64,000 nucleotides of DNA, taken from the NCBI GenBank assembly GCA_977018835.1, contig OZ361256.1, forward strand, positions 4,898,001-4,962,000, in the 5' to 3' direction. Made by a program: the position numbers and the translations under genes. Source of the DNA: Minutocellus sp. GHC0000111. Its lineage: Eukaryota. Shown here in pieces: positions 48,001 through 60,320 of the stretch. Below the pieces are notes generated by a model, which worked only from the letters and a program-made list of their open reading frames with translations, had not been told where the DNA came from and made no database searches. Numbering within the stretch: position 1 is the first letter of the stretch; every line of letters begins with the position of its first letter.

Positions 48001-51000
48001 GGATACTCAAGGGGCTGGACTGGGTTATCTCATCGAACGAGGTGTAGCAATTGCAAAAGGTCCGGCTACTTCAAATAATGGAGATGCCAACGAGAATAAT
48101 GCCCCCAGAAGAGGGAAAGAAATCGATATGGTGAAATTACTTGGGAGAATCATTAAAAAGACTACCACCTCGTCGTCATCATCGTTGGTCCCCCATGAGC
48201 AGCAGCAGGAAGGTGGAGAGAATGGTAATGAGTGGAGCGGTAGTGGCTTAGGCTCTGACTGGGACGAGCGCGTTGGTGCCGGTGCTGCAGCTGCGTCCAT
48301 TGTAAGTGTTTGCTTGTTTATTTCCGCTTAAAAATATATTGCTGTCCATCCTCCTTTTACCTAGGTATGTCATCTTACCTCACCCAACTCACACTCTCAT
48401 AATAATTTGTTGTTTTGGATTGTCACCAATTGTAGGAAGGAAGATTGGTGATATGCGGATGGAAAATGATTGCAGAGGAAGTGAAGCATCCCAATTCATC
48501 CTATCTGCCAGCCATGGTGGCGACAATTCGCAGCAAGAGGATACCTCATCACGACGATCTCATTCTTACCCGATGGTATAGCTCCGAGGGCGGGAGACAT
48601 CGTCGCCGAGTCCTTGAGCATAGACTCGCCCAGGCCAGTGCTACCCTTCTTCTCTTTGATGCGCTTGATATTATTGGACGCGCTGGTGAAGCCGCGCGAC
48701 TAAGTGGAGTTGAATTCAGTCAGAGCTTGCCCGGAATCCGCGGGTCTCAATACAAGGTCGAAGGATGTCTCTTGCGTGCCCTTCAAAGTGTATGGTCAGA
48801 CGAGAGAGGAGAGAAACGGGGAAAGAACAAGGTCAAAACGTCTTCAACTTCGACACAGGCACAGCAAAGTCACTTTAGTAAAAATTCAGCTTCCCTAAGC
48901 AACGAGTCCTCTTCCCAGAAAGAAAGCCCATGGAAACTTCAGCGTGGTCTTGTCTCTCGTAACGTTGCCGCCAAATTTCCAAATGGACCCCATGTCGCCT
49001 CACAACAAACAACCCAATCTAGTGTTGTCGACCACTCTGATAGAGGCTACTTCTTCTTCTCTCCTTCGAAAGATGACTGCACCAATCAAGAGGCTCTGGA
49101 ATGTCAAGCAATGACCCTCGGTGAGTGGCGATATCTAGTGCTGGCATGGCGTATGTAGTTTTTTGCTTTCTCAAATTTATTTCATCTACTGCTTCTCTTA
49201 TCGCGCTTCTCTACTATTCAATCAATTCTCGATTCATTTGTCACGCCCTTCATAGAACCCCAAAGTGGATTTCACTTTGATCCAATTGTCGTCTGTGATT
49301 TCACCGCTCTTTATCCATCTCTCGTTATTGCCTACAATCTGTGCTATTCGAGCTGTGCCGGGAAGTTGGACTATCATTCAACACGCCAGGAAATGCAACG
49401 CGAGGGTCAAACCACAGGCCGCATAGGCCCGTTTCAATACGCAGAGAGAAGAACCGCTTCCGTCATCAACCATCACATGAAGTCAATATCATCAAGCTCA
49501 AAGGTCGGCAAGAAGGATAAGGACAGAGCATACGTAATACCCACCGGATCACTATTTGTCTCGGAGACAGTCGTCAAGGGCGTTCTACCTCAAGTCCTCG
49601 ATGAAATCCTCGCAACGCGAGCAATGTTGAAGCGAGCAGCAAAGACGTACAAAATGAGCGCAAAGAATGTTCCTCCTTCCGTTCTACGAAGCCTTGAGGC
49701 CAAACAGCTTGCCGTAAGATGGCTGATATCATTTTTTTTTATGCTCGTCAATTTTTTTTTTTTTTTTTTTTTTTTTGGCAGCTGCTCGAAACTCATAGAA
49801 CTCCCTTCCCCTACTACCCCCTTTCTTGCTTTCTTCTTACCGTCCCACCCACAGCTAAAGTATGTGGCCAATGTCTCCTACGGCTATACCTCGGCGACAT
49901 TTTCAGGACGCTCCGCAATGCCGTTACTGGCCGATGCCATCGTTGAGTGCGGCCGGCGCACTTTGACAAATGCCATCGAACTCGCCAATAGCTGGGGTCG
50001 AAAGGAAAACGGCCGGTGGAAGGGAGCTCATGTGGTCTACGGCGACACAGACTCGGTCTTTATCAAACTTCCCAACCGATCTGTGGAGGAGGCGTTTGCA
50101 TTCGGTGAGCAATTTTGTAAGGCTGTCACTGCAGCCAATCCGCCTCCCGTTCAGATCAAGCTCGAAAAGGTTTACGTTGCAAGTCTTCTCCAGACTAAGA
50201 AAAAATACTGCGGTATGAAGTATGAATCACCGAATGACAAGCGCCCAGTCTTTGAAGCGAAAGGAATTGAGACTGTCCGGCGGGATCAGTGCGCATTGAC
50301 GCAAAAGGTGTTGAGGAATGCTCTTATATCTGTTTTTCAGAATGGGCTGACTGGTAATCTCGAGTCGACCAGGGCATATTTGCAACGCCAATGGGCTCTT
50401 ATCCACGCCGGAAGACTTCCCGTATCTGATTATATATTGACAGGAAGGGTGAGAAGTCACTACAGAGGAGGAAAGATTGGGCCTGTGCAGGCTGCGCTCG
50501 CGAGGCGCTTGGCGGAGGCCGATCCGGGTCGAACGGTTCGGCATAAGGAAAGAATACCATATGTCATTGTTGCTGCGCCCGGCCTTAATTTCAAGCTGCG
50601 GGACTGTGTCCTCACTCCCACCGAGTGCCTCGAACAGTGGGATGCCCACACAATTCATGCTGCGTATTACATAAAGAAACATGTCAATGCCGCCCTGCAA
50701 CGATGCTTTGGTCTTCCACCGTTCAGAGTCGACATCAATGCTTGGTACGAAGCCGCGCCTAAGCCAAGGAAGCGCATCCACCATTGGCCTGTGACAAGAA
50801 CCGGGGCCAGTGCGATGATTACAGCCCACTTTGGTAGTGATTCCTGTGCTTTGTGCGGGGCCAAGTGCAAGGCCAAGGGAAGTGCTCGGGCCGTCGTGTG
50901 TGCCAAATGCAGCCAGGATAAAGTTTCAGCGGCATTCCTTGGGATGGGACGTCTGAATGCCGCCGAAGAAGATGCCGATGCTGTTGCCAGGGTGTGTGCT

Positions 51001-51288
51001 ATATGCAATGGCTGCCCCGAATCTTCTTCTACATTTGCAATGGACAAGATTTCCTCAGCGAACGATTCGAACAGGGGCGGTTCGGGGAGAGGAAAATCAT
51101 CCACTACTGGGAGTAATAGCGGGCTTGGTGGCCTTTTCCGCAAGTCCGCCGCTAAAGTTTCCACCGGCGTCGTGACTCCTCTCGCAGCATGTGTATGCAT
51201 CGACTGTCCCATTACATATGAGAGGCATCGGCTTCGAGAGGCCCAGATCGAAGCAGAAGCATTGTGCAAAGCAATAGACATACTGTAG
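45094..51288 (+). pseudogene. REV3: DNA polymerase zeta catalytic subunit, disrupted; introns 48302-48435, 49121-49255, 49714-49854
   Basis: CLHVHGAFPY, YEAHIPF, IRGSQYKVE, DFTALYPS, KYVANVSYGYT...SGR, YGDTDS, KKKYCG, AKGIETVRRD, C-terminal Cys clusters; in-frame TAA at 46828-46830 and frame break near 47770. Confidence 0.9.
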
Positions 51289-51355
51289 AGATGGAGGACA
51301 GTAGACAAACAACAAAATGAGTCGATTTTATTCGTATTTCAGTTGGAGTAAGCAT

Positions 51356-52750
51356 CTACCAGTTAGTATCTCTGTGCTCCTTTTCATGCGTAAACTTGTT
51401 TTTCAGCTCTTCGATTACAGCGCCATGGAGCCACTCGGGTGCCTGATGGACTGCGCCTTCCTCCTGTGAGGCTCGCTTTTTATGAGAATTTGATCTTGAT
51501 GTGATTGGCGCCTGATTGCTTTTGCGGAGGAAAAATTGGTTTGGGGTTTCGGCAGCCAATACTAGTAATGGATCGTGGCCGGCAGAGGAATTAGACATGT
51601 TCTCAGAAGGCATCTCCTCGACCCAATTTTGCTCTGCATCTCCAAATAAATCATTCTTGTCATGCGTGGAACAAAGAGGGCCCGCAGATATTGTCGCTGA
51701 AGATTGCTCATACAATTGTTCTTCGATAATATTTTGCCGCCTCTCCAATCTGCATAGGCGCTCCGACGCCTTTTCTTTCGCAATCATAGTCTGTAATTCA
51801 TCTCTACGATCATACATGTACAGAGAATCCATCCTTTCGGACACATCATTCTGCAAATCATTTGCGAGCTGAAACAATGTCTCACTTTCTTTGGAGCTTT
51901 CCTTTGCCTGAGACAGATGAATAGTAATATCATTGTTTACGATCTTGTCCACGGCAGAAGTTACACGTCGTTCTAGGGCATCCATATCTTTGCTAATGAT
52001 ATCGCTCTGATCTTTGGCATCAGATTCAAGTTTTTGAATTGACTGTGCTGTTGCTCTTTCGAGTTCCGACGAATGAGTCGCGACTGCAGCCGCAACAATT
52101 GTTTTAATCCGATCATTGAGTGTTACAATAGGAGAACAAGAAAAAGGCTGATTAACTCCAACGGCGTCTAGTTGTTCTTTCATCAGAGCATTATCATCTC
52201 GTAAAACCTGGACATTCGCCTTCAAATCGGATAGCTCTTGCTGCATCTGGCAAAATAGACTTGCAGTCAATTCTTTGGTCTCGCTTTGCTGCCGTTGAAG
52301 AATGGTGATATCAGATGCTACAGCCTTTAGACGCATCTTTGTGGTATTTTCCTCACTCTGTAAGCTCTTGAGTAGGCGTCCATGCGAAGATATCTTTGCA
52401 TCAAAGCTCTCAGCTGTCAGGCGATTGGAACTGAATTCGTTCGAGAAGGCAGCAAGCTGACCCCTCACGATGTCCATCACATTTCCCTGTTTTTCCACCT
52501 CCTTTCTGACCATGGAGAGGGCGCGATCGGTCCTTGACTGCTGCTTCGAGCCTTCTAGAGACTCAGGCTTTAGCTGTGAAGCACTTGTTGGACTCACGGT
52601 ATTCGGCATGTCCCAATGTTGATGGGGGTGTGGCTGTGAAAAGTGGCATGATGGTGTGGTTGGACTTGCCTCTCGAATTGTAGAGTTGCGAGCAATAAGA
52701 CCTTGTAGTTGCAACTCCCAATCGGGCACTTGGTATTGCTGGCTCAACAT
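51356..52750 (-). CDS. Hypothetical coiled-coil protein
   Basis: 464-codon ATG ORF with heptad-rich composition; no recognisable motif. Confidence 0.6.
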   Translation of the reverse strand: MLSQQYQVPDWELQLQGLIARNSTIREASPTTPSCHFSQPHPHQHWDMPNTVSPTSASQLKPESLEGSKQQSRTDRALSMVRKEVEKQGNVMDIVRGQLAAFSNEFSSNRLTAESFDAKISSHGRLLKSLQSEENTTKMRLKAVASDITILQRQQSETKELTASLFCQMQQELSDLKANVQVLRDDNALMKEQLDAVGVNQPFSCSPIVTLNDRIKTIVAAAVATHSSELERATAQSIQKLESDAKDQSDIISKDMDALERRVTSAVDKIVNNDITIHLSQAKESSKESETLFQLANDLQNDVSERMDSLYMYDRRDELQTMIAKEKASERLCRLERRQNIIEEQLYEQSSATISAGPLCSTHDKNDLFGDAEQNWVEEMPSENMSNSSAGHDPLLVLAAETPNQFFLRKSNQAPITSRSNSHKKRASQEEGAVHQAPEWLHGAVIEELKNKFTHEKEHRDTNW

Positions 52751-52952
52751 TGCTCTTCACTTTCCAGGTGTTTCCAAGAGTAAGCTACAAACTACAGCTG
52801 CAACTACAGGTCAGGGATCAAGTGTCACTCCGTTGAGGTGCAATTCTATTGAGCCCGAGGATGTTATAGTTTGTTGATGCTATTTTAGAATTTTGGATCG
52901 AAACCGTAGCTTGAGAAAACAGTAGATCTAACCCTTTTACCAAATTGATATC

Positions 52953-55900
52953 TCAACAACGTCTTTTCCACTCTTTTGGTACATTATCATAAGATAATTC
53001 GCCAGTTTTGGACACCGCCGGTCGCAAGATATCGTAAGCAACCTTGTTCGTCAAACACCGCCTAAGAGCACTGTAAACATAATATGAAACGCAACCCTCG
53101 TTTTTCGCTTTTTTGAATATTCGAATCAGCAACGCTTCGCGACGCTTATCTGTCTTAGGCAGTTGATTACCGATGGTATTCATCAGATGCGAATACGTCA
53201 CGGCGCTCGGCTGAAACGTGCCGTCTCTATTGGCTTCCAATAAGGCATAGGCGTCAAGTGCAGTTTGGAGAACAATACTAGTATTGGATTCTAGCTCACA
53301 CCTGGCACAATATTGTAAAATGATATCGTAATGGCGTGTGGTAATGATATCTCCATGAGTCTTTGTCATTCTCTCGAGAAAGGCATTCAATTGACAGCGC
53401 ATCGGGTTGCTCGAGCTGTGCCAACATTACGCTGAAAAGTACGACATGTTATTTGGTGAAAAAAATGGGTAAGGAATCGGGAGCGGAGATTTTTGAGGTG
53501 CAGAACACATGCTTTTGCATGCGCAAAAAGGGATTCCGCCAAAAAATTGTATACTCACTACTCCACGACTTTGGGATCTGGCCGAATGTCCGCCGCGACC
53601 ATTTCATCAAATAATTCCATAGCTCGGACACCATTATTGGCTCTCCCATATCCGCTGATGAGAATTGAGTACGACCACAAATCTTTTGATGGCATTATGG
53701 CGAAAAATTCATCAGCCTTTGTCAGTTTGCCTTCTCTGACAAATGCCTTGAGAACATCGTTGAAAATCACGGAGTCGATGGTTATCTTGCCGTCGCTGGA
53801 TCCTACTACATGTCTGAGAAATTTTGTAGCCTTTGACCCGAGTCCATCTGAATTATCGTCGTCGTCGGGGGCCGAGGTGAGCAGAGTCAAGAGAGTGCTT
53901 ACCGTGTATTTGTCTGGTTTGCAGTACTTCTTCATCCTTGAAAGGACAGTTTCAGCCCTTGCCCATGCTTCGACTTTATCATCCATACTGCGGTAACTCG
54001 AAATCAAAATGTTGTAAATGAGGCAGTTGGGTCTGACTTTTGCCCTTTTGACTACTGGTACCGATGACTTTTCCAAAGTAGATTCGTGCAGCTGCTCGAT
54101 CTTGTCTACCAAGGACTCTATTCGTCTTATGTAGGACTCTGTGTTTTCGGGGTCGCGAGAGGATTGCTTTAGGAGGTAAGAAATAATGGACGCAAACGAA
54201 TGGACATTTGGTTTCGCACATCGTACGATCTGGTCACCATTCGCTTTTGCTTCTTCCGCTGCAACTTTATACCGATCAATAAGCTCAAAGAGGACTGCCT
54301 CTGCTTGCTCTACTTCTCCTGACCGACAAAAGCCGTCGATCACAGCATTGTATTGTTGTGTCCCATCTTGATGATCGTACCTGCGTCGACTTTCAGGAAT
54401 TGAATCCTCGAACTCTCTGAGCCAACGGAGCTTGTCGGCATTGTTTCCATGCGCGTCAATAACGATGGCGTATGAAGTAGAATCTGGTAGAGGAGTAACA
54501 GGATGATTCTTCTTGACATATTGCAATAGCTCTTCCGCTTCCAAGGGCATTCGGGCTGCTCTATAGGCACCTAAAACATCGTTGACATAGTGTAAAGACA
54601 CCCGAGATGCCTCTCCATAATGGCGTCGCATGTAAATAAGTTCATCGAGGTAGTGACGGGAGCGCTCGGCACAGTTTCTCAAAATTTCCAGGGACACCTT
54701 CTTCGACGCGTCCCTTGCCGCAAGTGTCCATGCAATTAAAGCCGTTCCGTACGTAATCTCATCAGGTGCTCTCTCATAAATTTTGTTGTCATCTTCAAGA
54801 GATCCAATAGAAGCAGATGTAGGCATATTGTTGATAATCTCATCGATTCGCTCACAGCTTCGGTAGCGATCAGACCAACTGCGCTTCTTCACAACAGCGT
54901 GGATCCCCACCAATGTGTTGTAAACAACTGTGTTCACATACTCCCTTGGCATTTCAGCAACAAGGCGATCAGCTCGTTCCACTGCGTCAGGCAAGTTTGC
55001 TTTGGAATAAGCTGACAGAACAGTGGAGTATATACGAGGATTGGTGGCAATATTTTGCTCCTTAATCTGTTCCAAGAGCCTCTCGATGTTGTCGACTGCA
55101 CTCGCTTGACCACATCTAGACCAAGCCTGCATGACTAAACCAAAGCTAAGAGCGGTGGGACCTGCACGAGAGACGTCTTTGGTACTATTGCATTCCTCTT
55201 CGGTGCGAAGATCTACCATCAATTGTAGGATTGCATCTGCCCGCTCAGCGGCATCATCTTCATGCTCGTTTTGGCGGGCGCTGCGACCACCCGTATCCCT
55301 CCGACGGCCGCCACCCGCCCCACGTTCCCGTCTCAAGCTATTGGTCCAAGCAGATATCACAGTATTGAAGGAAACTGAATCAGGCCGTACGAATTCCATG
55401 AGCGCCACGCTCTCTCGTTGTTGTTTCGGCGACTTCAAACCCAGCCATTCATCCTCTTCTAAACCGGCCTGGCCTTCTGCCCCCGCATTCGCCATCTCCA
55501 GTAACAATCTCTCAGCCCGAAGAGCTGCTTCCCTGGAGACTTCACGGCCTGCACCTGTGTTAGTTGAAGATGCAGCAGCTGCCCAAGAACTCATTGCCAT
55601 ATTGTAAAGTTTCGTCATACTGTAGCAAATCCGATCACACTCGAGATCGTCCGCCGAAACGTGCACTTCTGCTGTAATCAAACGCCGTAAGCATTCATCA
55701 ACCAGCTTGGCATTTCGGAGAGGATCACGGCGCTGCTTGTTAGATGCAAACGATGCAGCAGCTGCGTCGCCTTCGCTACCCAATCTCAAGTCCTTGCCTG
55801 CCTTGCTTTCCCTTGATAGAGCCTGAATCGTCAGCCCAACCAAATGAATTGTATTGCTCACATCCTTGGCAAGTAGCTGTGTTGAACGCTCCATGGGCAA

Positions 55901-56533
55901 AATATGAAAGGTTAATATCGAGTAGCACAATCCAGCGGGAGTTAGCCTCACTTTCTCCATACTCGAGGACGTAATCATCATGATACCAGGTGGTATGAGC
56001 AATCGATTTTCTCGTTTTGCTGCCACAATGTTATCCGTCGATTCTCGCTCAAGCAGACGGAGGGACGTGCGATCGCCGCGAGTTCCCCCGTAGTGTCGAA
56101 TAACGGCACGCGCTTCATCAAATCTTGCAGGCGTTTGCGCCATTTCACTGCTGGTGGATACCTCTTGAACATTCTCAGCAACAAATCCGCCAATTCCAAA
56201 TGAGTGAGGTTTGAGCCTGAGCTTGCCCTTGTAATTATGATCGACTGCATTATTTGGTGGCCGGATCAGAAGCGAACGAGCCACTTCCTCAACATTTTCA
56301 GTGCTCCTCCCCGGTACTCCTTCGATTCTAGTAGGTCTATCTCTGCCTCGACTTGCAAATGTCCGGCGGCGTGAGGATAGATCTGATGCAATGGACGCAA
56401 TGACCATCGCCGGATGGGTCGGGGGGCAGACGCAGCATCGGGTACTGCCCGAGATCGTCACATGACGAACGGACGCATGAGTCGCTGGTAATGCTCTCGA
56501 GGACGACCGGCGAAGTAAAATATGCCGAATCAT
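52953..56533 (-). CDS. Pentatricopeptide repeat protein, probably mitochondrial; intron about 53556-53432 and an apparent frameshift in the last exon
   Basis: Repeats such as PDSVSFNTVISAW, NTVVYNTLV, PDEITYGTAL, QYNAVIDGFCRSGEVEQAE, WSYSILISGYGR; Arg/Ser-rich N-terminus. Confidence 0.9.
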
Positions 56534-56848
56534 GTTAGCCTAGCTACCTAGCGGTTGCGATGCTGTCGATGCCGACGACTGTTGCGCCGTTGTAATGTCC
56601 ATTGTGGTCCTTCGGCCCCGCTCCGAAAAATCAATGGTCATCTTTCCGTCGTCCGTCAAAGGCCCTGCAGCAGAAGCTGATGCGCCTGACTGTACCTAGG
56701 TACATGTATTACCGGTAGATCTACCGGTAGCTAGGGATTCCTAGCTTCTACATGTGTAGCTCGCTAGAGTCTACCGGTCGGTACATGTACCGGTAGAGAG
56801 ACTAGAGATCTAGATCTAGATTTTCTACAAATGTACCGGTAAATTCTG

Positions 56849-57997
56849 TTACTTCTGGTTCTTTTCCCAGACATCTGAGTAAGCCCTCAAACTGGAGGCC
56901 AATCGGCGCATGCATAGACTCTTTATTACAATGCATCGTGGCTCCAGTGCATAGCTCAGTCCATCGATCAATGAAAGTGATTCCAGGATACCATCCGGTC
57001 CAGATAGACCACCTATATCGGCGTACAATACGTCAAAGCCCCTCAATATGCTTTCTGCTGAAACCAACGCGGCCAATTCCTCGATGCTAATGAACCTTTC
57101 TTGATCCTGAGCATGTCCAGTGATCTCCACGCGTCACCAACAGCAAAGTACATATCTGGATGTTCCTCCTTTGCAGCCAACTTCCAAACACTCATCACTA
57201 TCTCGGACGACATAAGGTATTGTTCGTCGATACTCCTCAACTCCAACCCCAGCAATAATATATGGGCGACCATCGCGACTTGGACTCTTGAAATCTCGCT
57301 GTACGGTCCCATCAAAGAGCCGTTGAGCATGAACGAGGCGACGAGAGAGCGAGGCGATGGTCTTGCTCTTCACTATTACCGCCCTCGGTCGCTTGTTTCC
57401 CCTTCGTGTCATGTCATCTACGAATTCGAATATAGTTGATAGGGCAGTAAGCTCCAAATCGTTGCCGAGCATTGCGGTGATATCCAACACTAGAACATCG
57501 AACGGGCTCTCGATATTCTCGTCCAAGATAGTTTTGAAATGAGAGAACTGCTCCAGCTCAACGTAGCATGCATTTGCTTCATTACTACCACTGCTGTCTT
57601 GAAACATGTTAGGATCCCTCGATCCCTGACCACTTCTGCCAGAAGTGGTCTCTGTGCGTTTGACATCAACAAACACACCGTGCCCTTCTTCCCCAATCGC
57701 GCCTCGAATTGTTTCTGTACACGAATCCAGCTGCGTGCCGAGCTCCAAAACGCGATCACCTTGTCGAATGTACTGCGATAACGCTCGGCTGTGTTCTACC
57801 GTTGAGGTTGTGGCGATGTATGGGATGGGCTTGACTCGGCTTTTACTCGTACTGCTGCTACTACTAGAAGTTGCTGGTGCTGATGCTGATGCCGATGATG
57901 CCACTTTCGATTTTTGAGGTGACGAGATCTGAAATGCCTGAACTAAGCACACAAAACGCCACAGCGCTACGGCGAGAGCGATGGTTTGTTTCCTCAT
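56849..57997 (-). pseudogene. Plastid-targeted protein with tandem SAM-methyltransferase-like domains, disrupted near 57170 and 57050-57090
   Basis: Signal peptide plus VQA/F; RVLELG...FDVLVLD...IVKS repeated as CLEVGC...FDVLYAD...IVIKS; the second repeat is split over three frame segments. Confidence 0.65.
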
Positions 57998-58297
57998 TAT
58001 AGCCTGAACAAGCAATACACTTATACTGATCACCGCAATGCAAACGGCAGTGAGCGAGCCAACCGAACCTGCAACTTGCAAACTGCTGAGTGACGCCTGA
58101 GCGGCGATGCGATGGAGACGGCTAGGTTCCTACGGACGAAGGAAAGAGCACATGATGGCGCTAGCGCTGGCGCGGCGGCTCGCGTCGCTGGACTGGCCAA
58201 CGTTGAACGCTGGGTATTGCATTTTGAATGAGCGGCATTGGCCAGCGAGGAGGAGTCAAGTCAACCGCCACAACAACCAAAGAAGTACAGGCGACTC

Positions 58298-60268
58298 ATG
58301 GAGGGTGACGATCAGTTGCGAGAGAGGTGGTCCTCCGACGGGGAAGATGACTACAGCAGTCGCAATGCCTCATCCGACAATGACAGCCACAGCAGCAGCG
58401 GTGGCTCATCCTCAAGCGCAAGCGCAAGTGGGAGCAGTTATTATTATTCGAGTGACGATGACTCCTACTCATCGTCGTCGTCTTTTGATAGTGCAAGGCA
58501 TCGGCATAACGTAGGCTTGGCAGATCAACTTGGTGCCTTCCGAGATACGCTAGTTCGAGGTCTTCGCCATCGACGAAATTCGCGAACCCCGGCCAACAGT
58601 CGGCATGGCAGCGACCACGCTGGTGATGTTCACTTGCGGATTGACGAGCGTGATAGTTATAATGGTAGCGAGAATATCAACGACGAAGACGACGATGACT
58701 CACCGTACCATTACAATCGAAAAAGAAGACGCCCTGGTCTGGGGTACACGTACACACGGGGTCCAGATGATGGAAAGATGGGCAAGCTTCGGAGGATAAT
58801 TTGTCTCATATTTCGCGTTGTCGAGCATCACGCTCCAGCTATCTGCGGAAGCAAGAAGGCAACTATTGGTTTGCTGTGTTCAGTGTTGCTTTGGGTACTT
58901 GCCCGGATCAGTGCAGACAGTGACGATTTGGGTGGTTCCACGTTGGCGTCGGCATCGGACGAAGATTCAACAAGCAGTCTATTGGACAAATTAAAGTTAT
59001 TGCGACAAGAGAATGATCGGGATTCTCACCATGCCTTGGGATCAGCTGCAGGCGACAGGAACAAGAAGGGCCCAAAAAATCGTAAAGGGGGAAAAAGAAA
59101 GGATGGCGTCAATGATAAACTGCCGGCGGGTTGTGCCTATCCGTTGGATAGCTGGGTGAGGTCATCATATCCCAATTGTAATGAGATTCATGAAATTGAT
59201 TTGCGACAGGGCTACAACCCAAGACGGAGAAATATTGATTCAGTAGCCATGGCAGCAGCTGCTGAGGGCGGTAAATTGACAGGCTACGTCGGGTCAGGTT
59301 TGTGGCGGGATGTCTGGAAAGTTGATCCGCGAGGAGAAGCTGCAGTGATTGGATCTGACCAAAACAAGGAAGATGATTATGATGATGTTGCACCACCCGC
59401 CGTTCTCAAGGCGATGAAACAGGAACATCCATACGATTTCCGCAATAATGATCGGCACCGAAGAGATGCGCTTGTCATGGAACGCCTATCATCATCTAAA
59501 TATGTTGTGGACATTTACGCATATTGTGGGAACTCTGTCCTCAGTGAGTACGTTGGCCGTACACTAGACGACTTTATATACCTCGATGACGAGGTAGAAG
59601 CGGAAGGAGAAAAAGAAGAAGCAGCAGAAGACAAAGAATTGAAAGGACTTCTTGATACGCTGCCAGAGTTGACAAGGGATACTTCTGCTGGACGAATAAG
59701 ACTCGCACTCGATGTGTTTCGAGGCATCGCAGAATTGCACGAAATCGATGGTGGTCCAATAGTTCATGCTGATCTCCAAGCGAAGCAATTTCTTCTTGAC
59801 CCATTGGCGAAAACCATTCGAATAAACGACTTCAATCGTTGCAGAATGTTGCCACGCAAGGATGGTGACAAGGATGGCGAAACATGCCCCGTAAAGATTC
59901 CGTCGGCCCCCGGTGCCAATCGTTCTCCAGAAGAGTACAGTCAAATGAAGCTTACCGAAAAGATTGACGTCTATTCTGGCGCGAACGTTTTATATGGCAT
60001 CCTCACGGGTCGTAGACATTTTGCCGATAGCAATAATCGTTCGATTAAGAAGTTGGTGATGAATGGCCAAAAGCCACCAATACCTGACGAATTCAAGGTA
60101 GAACCAAGCGACAAGGCGTTGGCAGATTTGATTGGTAGGGCATACGAGAGAAATCCTCAGCGGAGAATATCAGCGAGTGAAATGGTCCAAGAGTTGGAAA
60201 AGCTTTTGCTCATGGCACAAGATGGAAGTGAAGACAATAGAGCGAAAGATTCGTTACGAAAGAAGTAA
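58298..60268 (+). CDS. Type II membrane protein kinase-like (PKDCC/VLK-like luminal kinase)
   Basis: TM segment IGLLCSVLLWVLA, then CNEIHE, GSGLWRDVW, VLK, HADLQAKQFL, INDFNRC, RSPEE, KIDVYS. Confidence 0.85.
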   Translation: MEGDDQLRERWSSDGEDDYSSRNASSDNDSHSSSGGSSSSASASGSSYYYSSDDDSYSSSSSFDSARHRHNVGLADQLGAFRDTLVRGLRHRRNSRTPANSRHGSDHAGDVHLRIDERDSYNGSENINDEDDDDSPYHYNRKRRRPGLGYTYTRGPDDGKMGKLRRIICLIFRVVEHHAPAICGSKKATIGLLCSVLLWVLARISADSDDLGGSTLASASDEDSTSSLLDKLKLLRQENDRDSHHALGSAAGDRNKKGPKNRKGGKRKDGVNDKLPAGCAYPLDSWVRSSYPNCNEIHEIDLRQGYNPRRRNIDSVAMAAAAEGGKLTGYVGSGLWRDVWKVDPRGEAAVIGSDQNKEDDYDDVAPPAVLKAMKQEHPYDFRNNDRHRRDALVMERLSSSKYVVDIYAYCGNSVLSEYVGRTLDDFIYLDDEVEAEGEKEEAAEDKELKGLLDTLPELTRDTSAGRIRLALDVFRGIAELHEIDGGPIVHADLQAKQFLLDPLAKTIRINDFNRCRMLPRKDGDKDGETCPVKIPSAPGANRSPEEYSQMKLTEKIDVYSGANVLYGILTGRRHFADSNNRSIKKLVMNGQKPPIPDEFKVEPSDKALADLIGRAYERNPQRRISASEMVQELEKLLLMAQDGSEDNRAKDSLRKK

Positions 60269-60320
60269 ATTGTAAATTAGTGTGAAATCTTGACGAGTAC
60301 CTAAATGGTATTTCTAGCCA

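Noticed and set aside
49714..49854. Poly-Phe segment in the 640-aa REV3 ORF
   Set aside because: It is a 141-nt stop-free GT-AG intron; removal restores AKQLA-LKYVANV.
58238..58297. Non-AUG (TTG) starts for the kinase and the 28114 helicase ORF
   Set aside because: In-frame ATGs lie a short distance downstream; no evidence that non-AUG initiation is needed.
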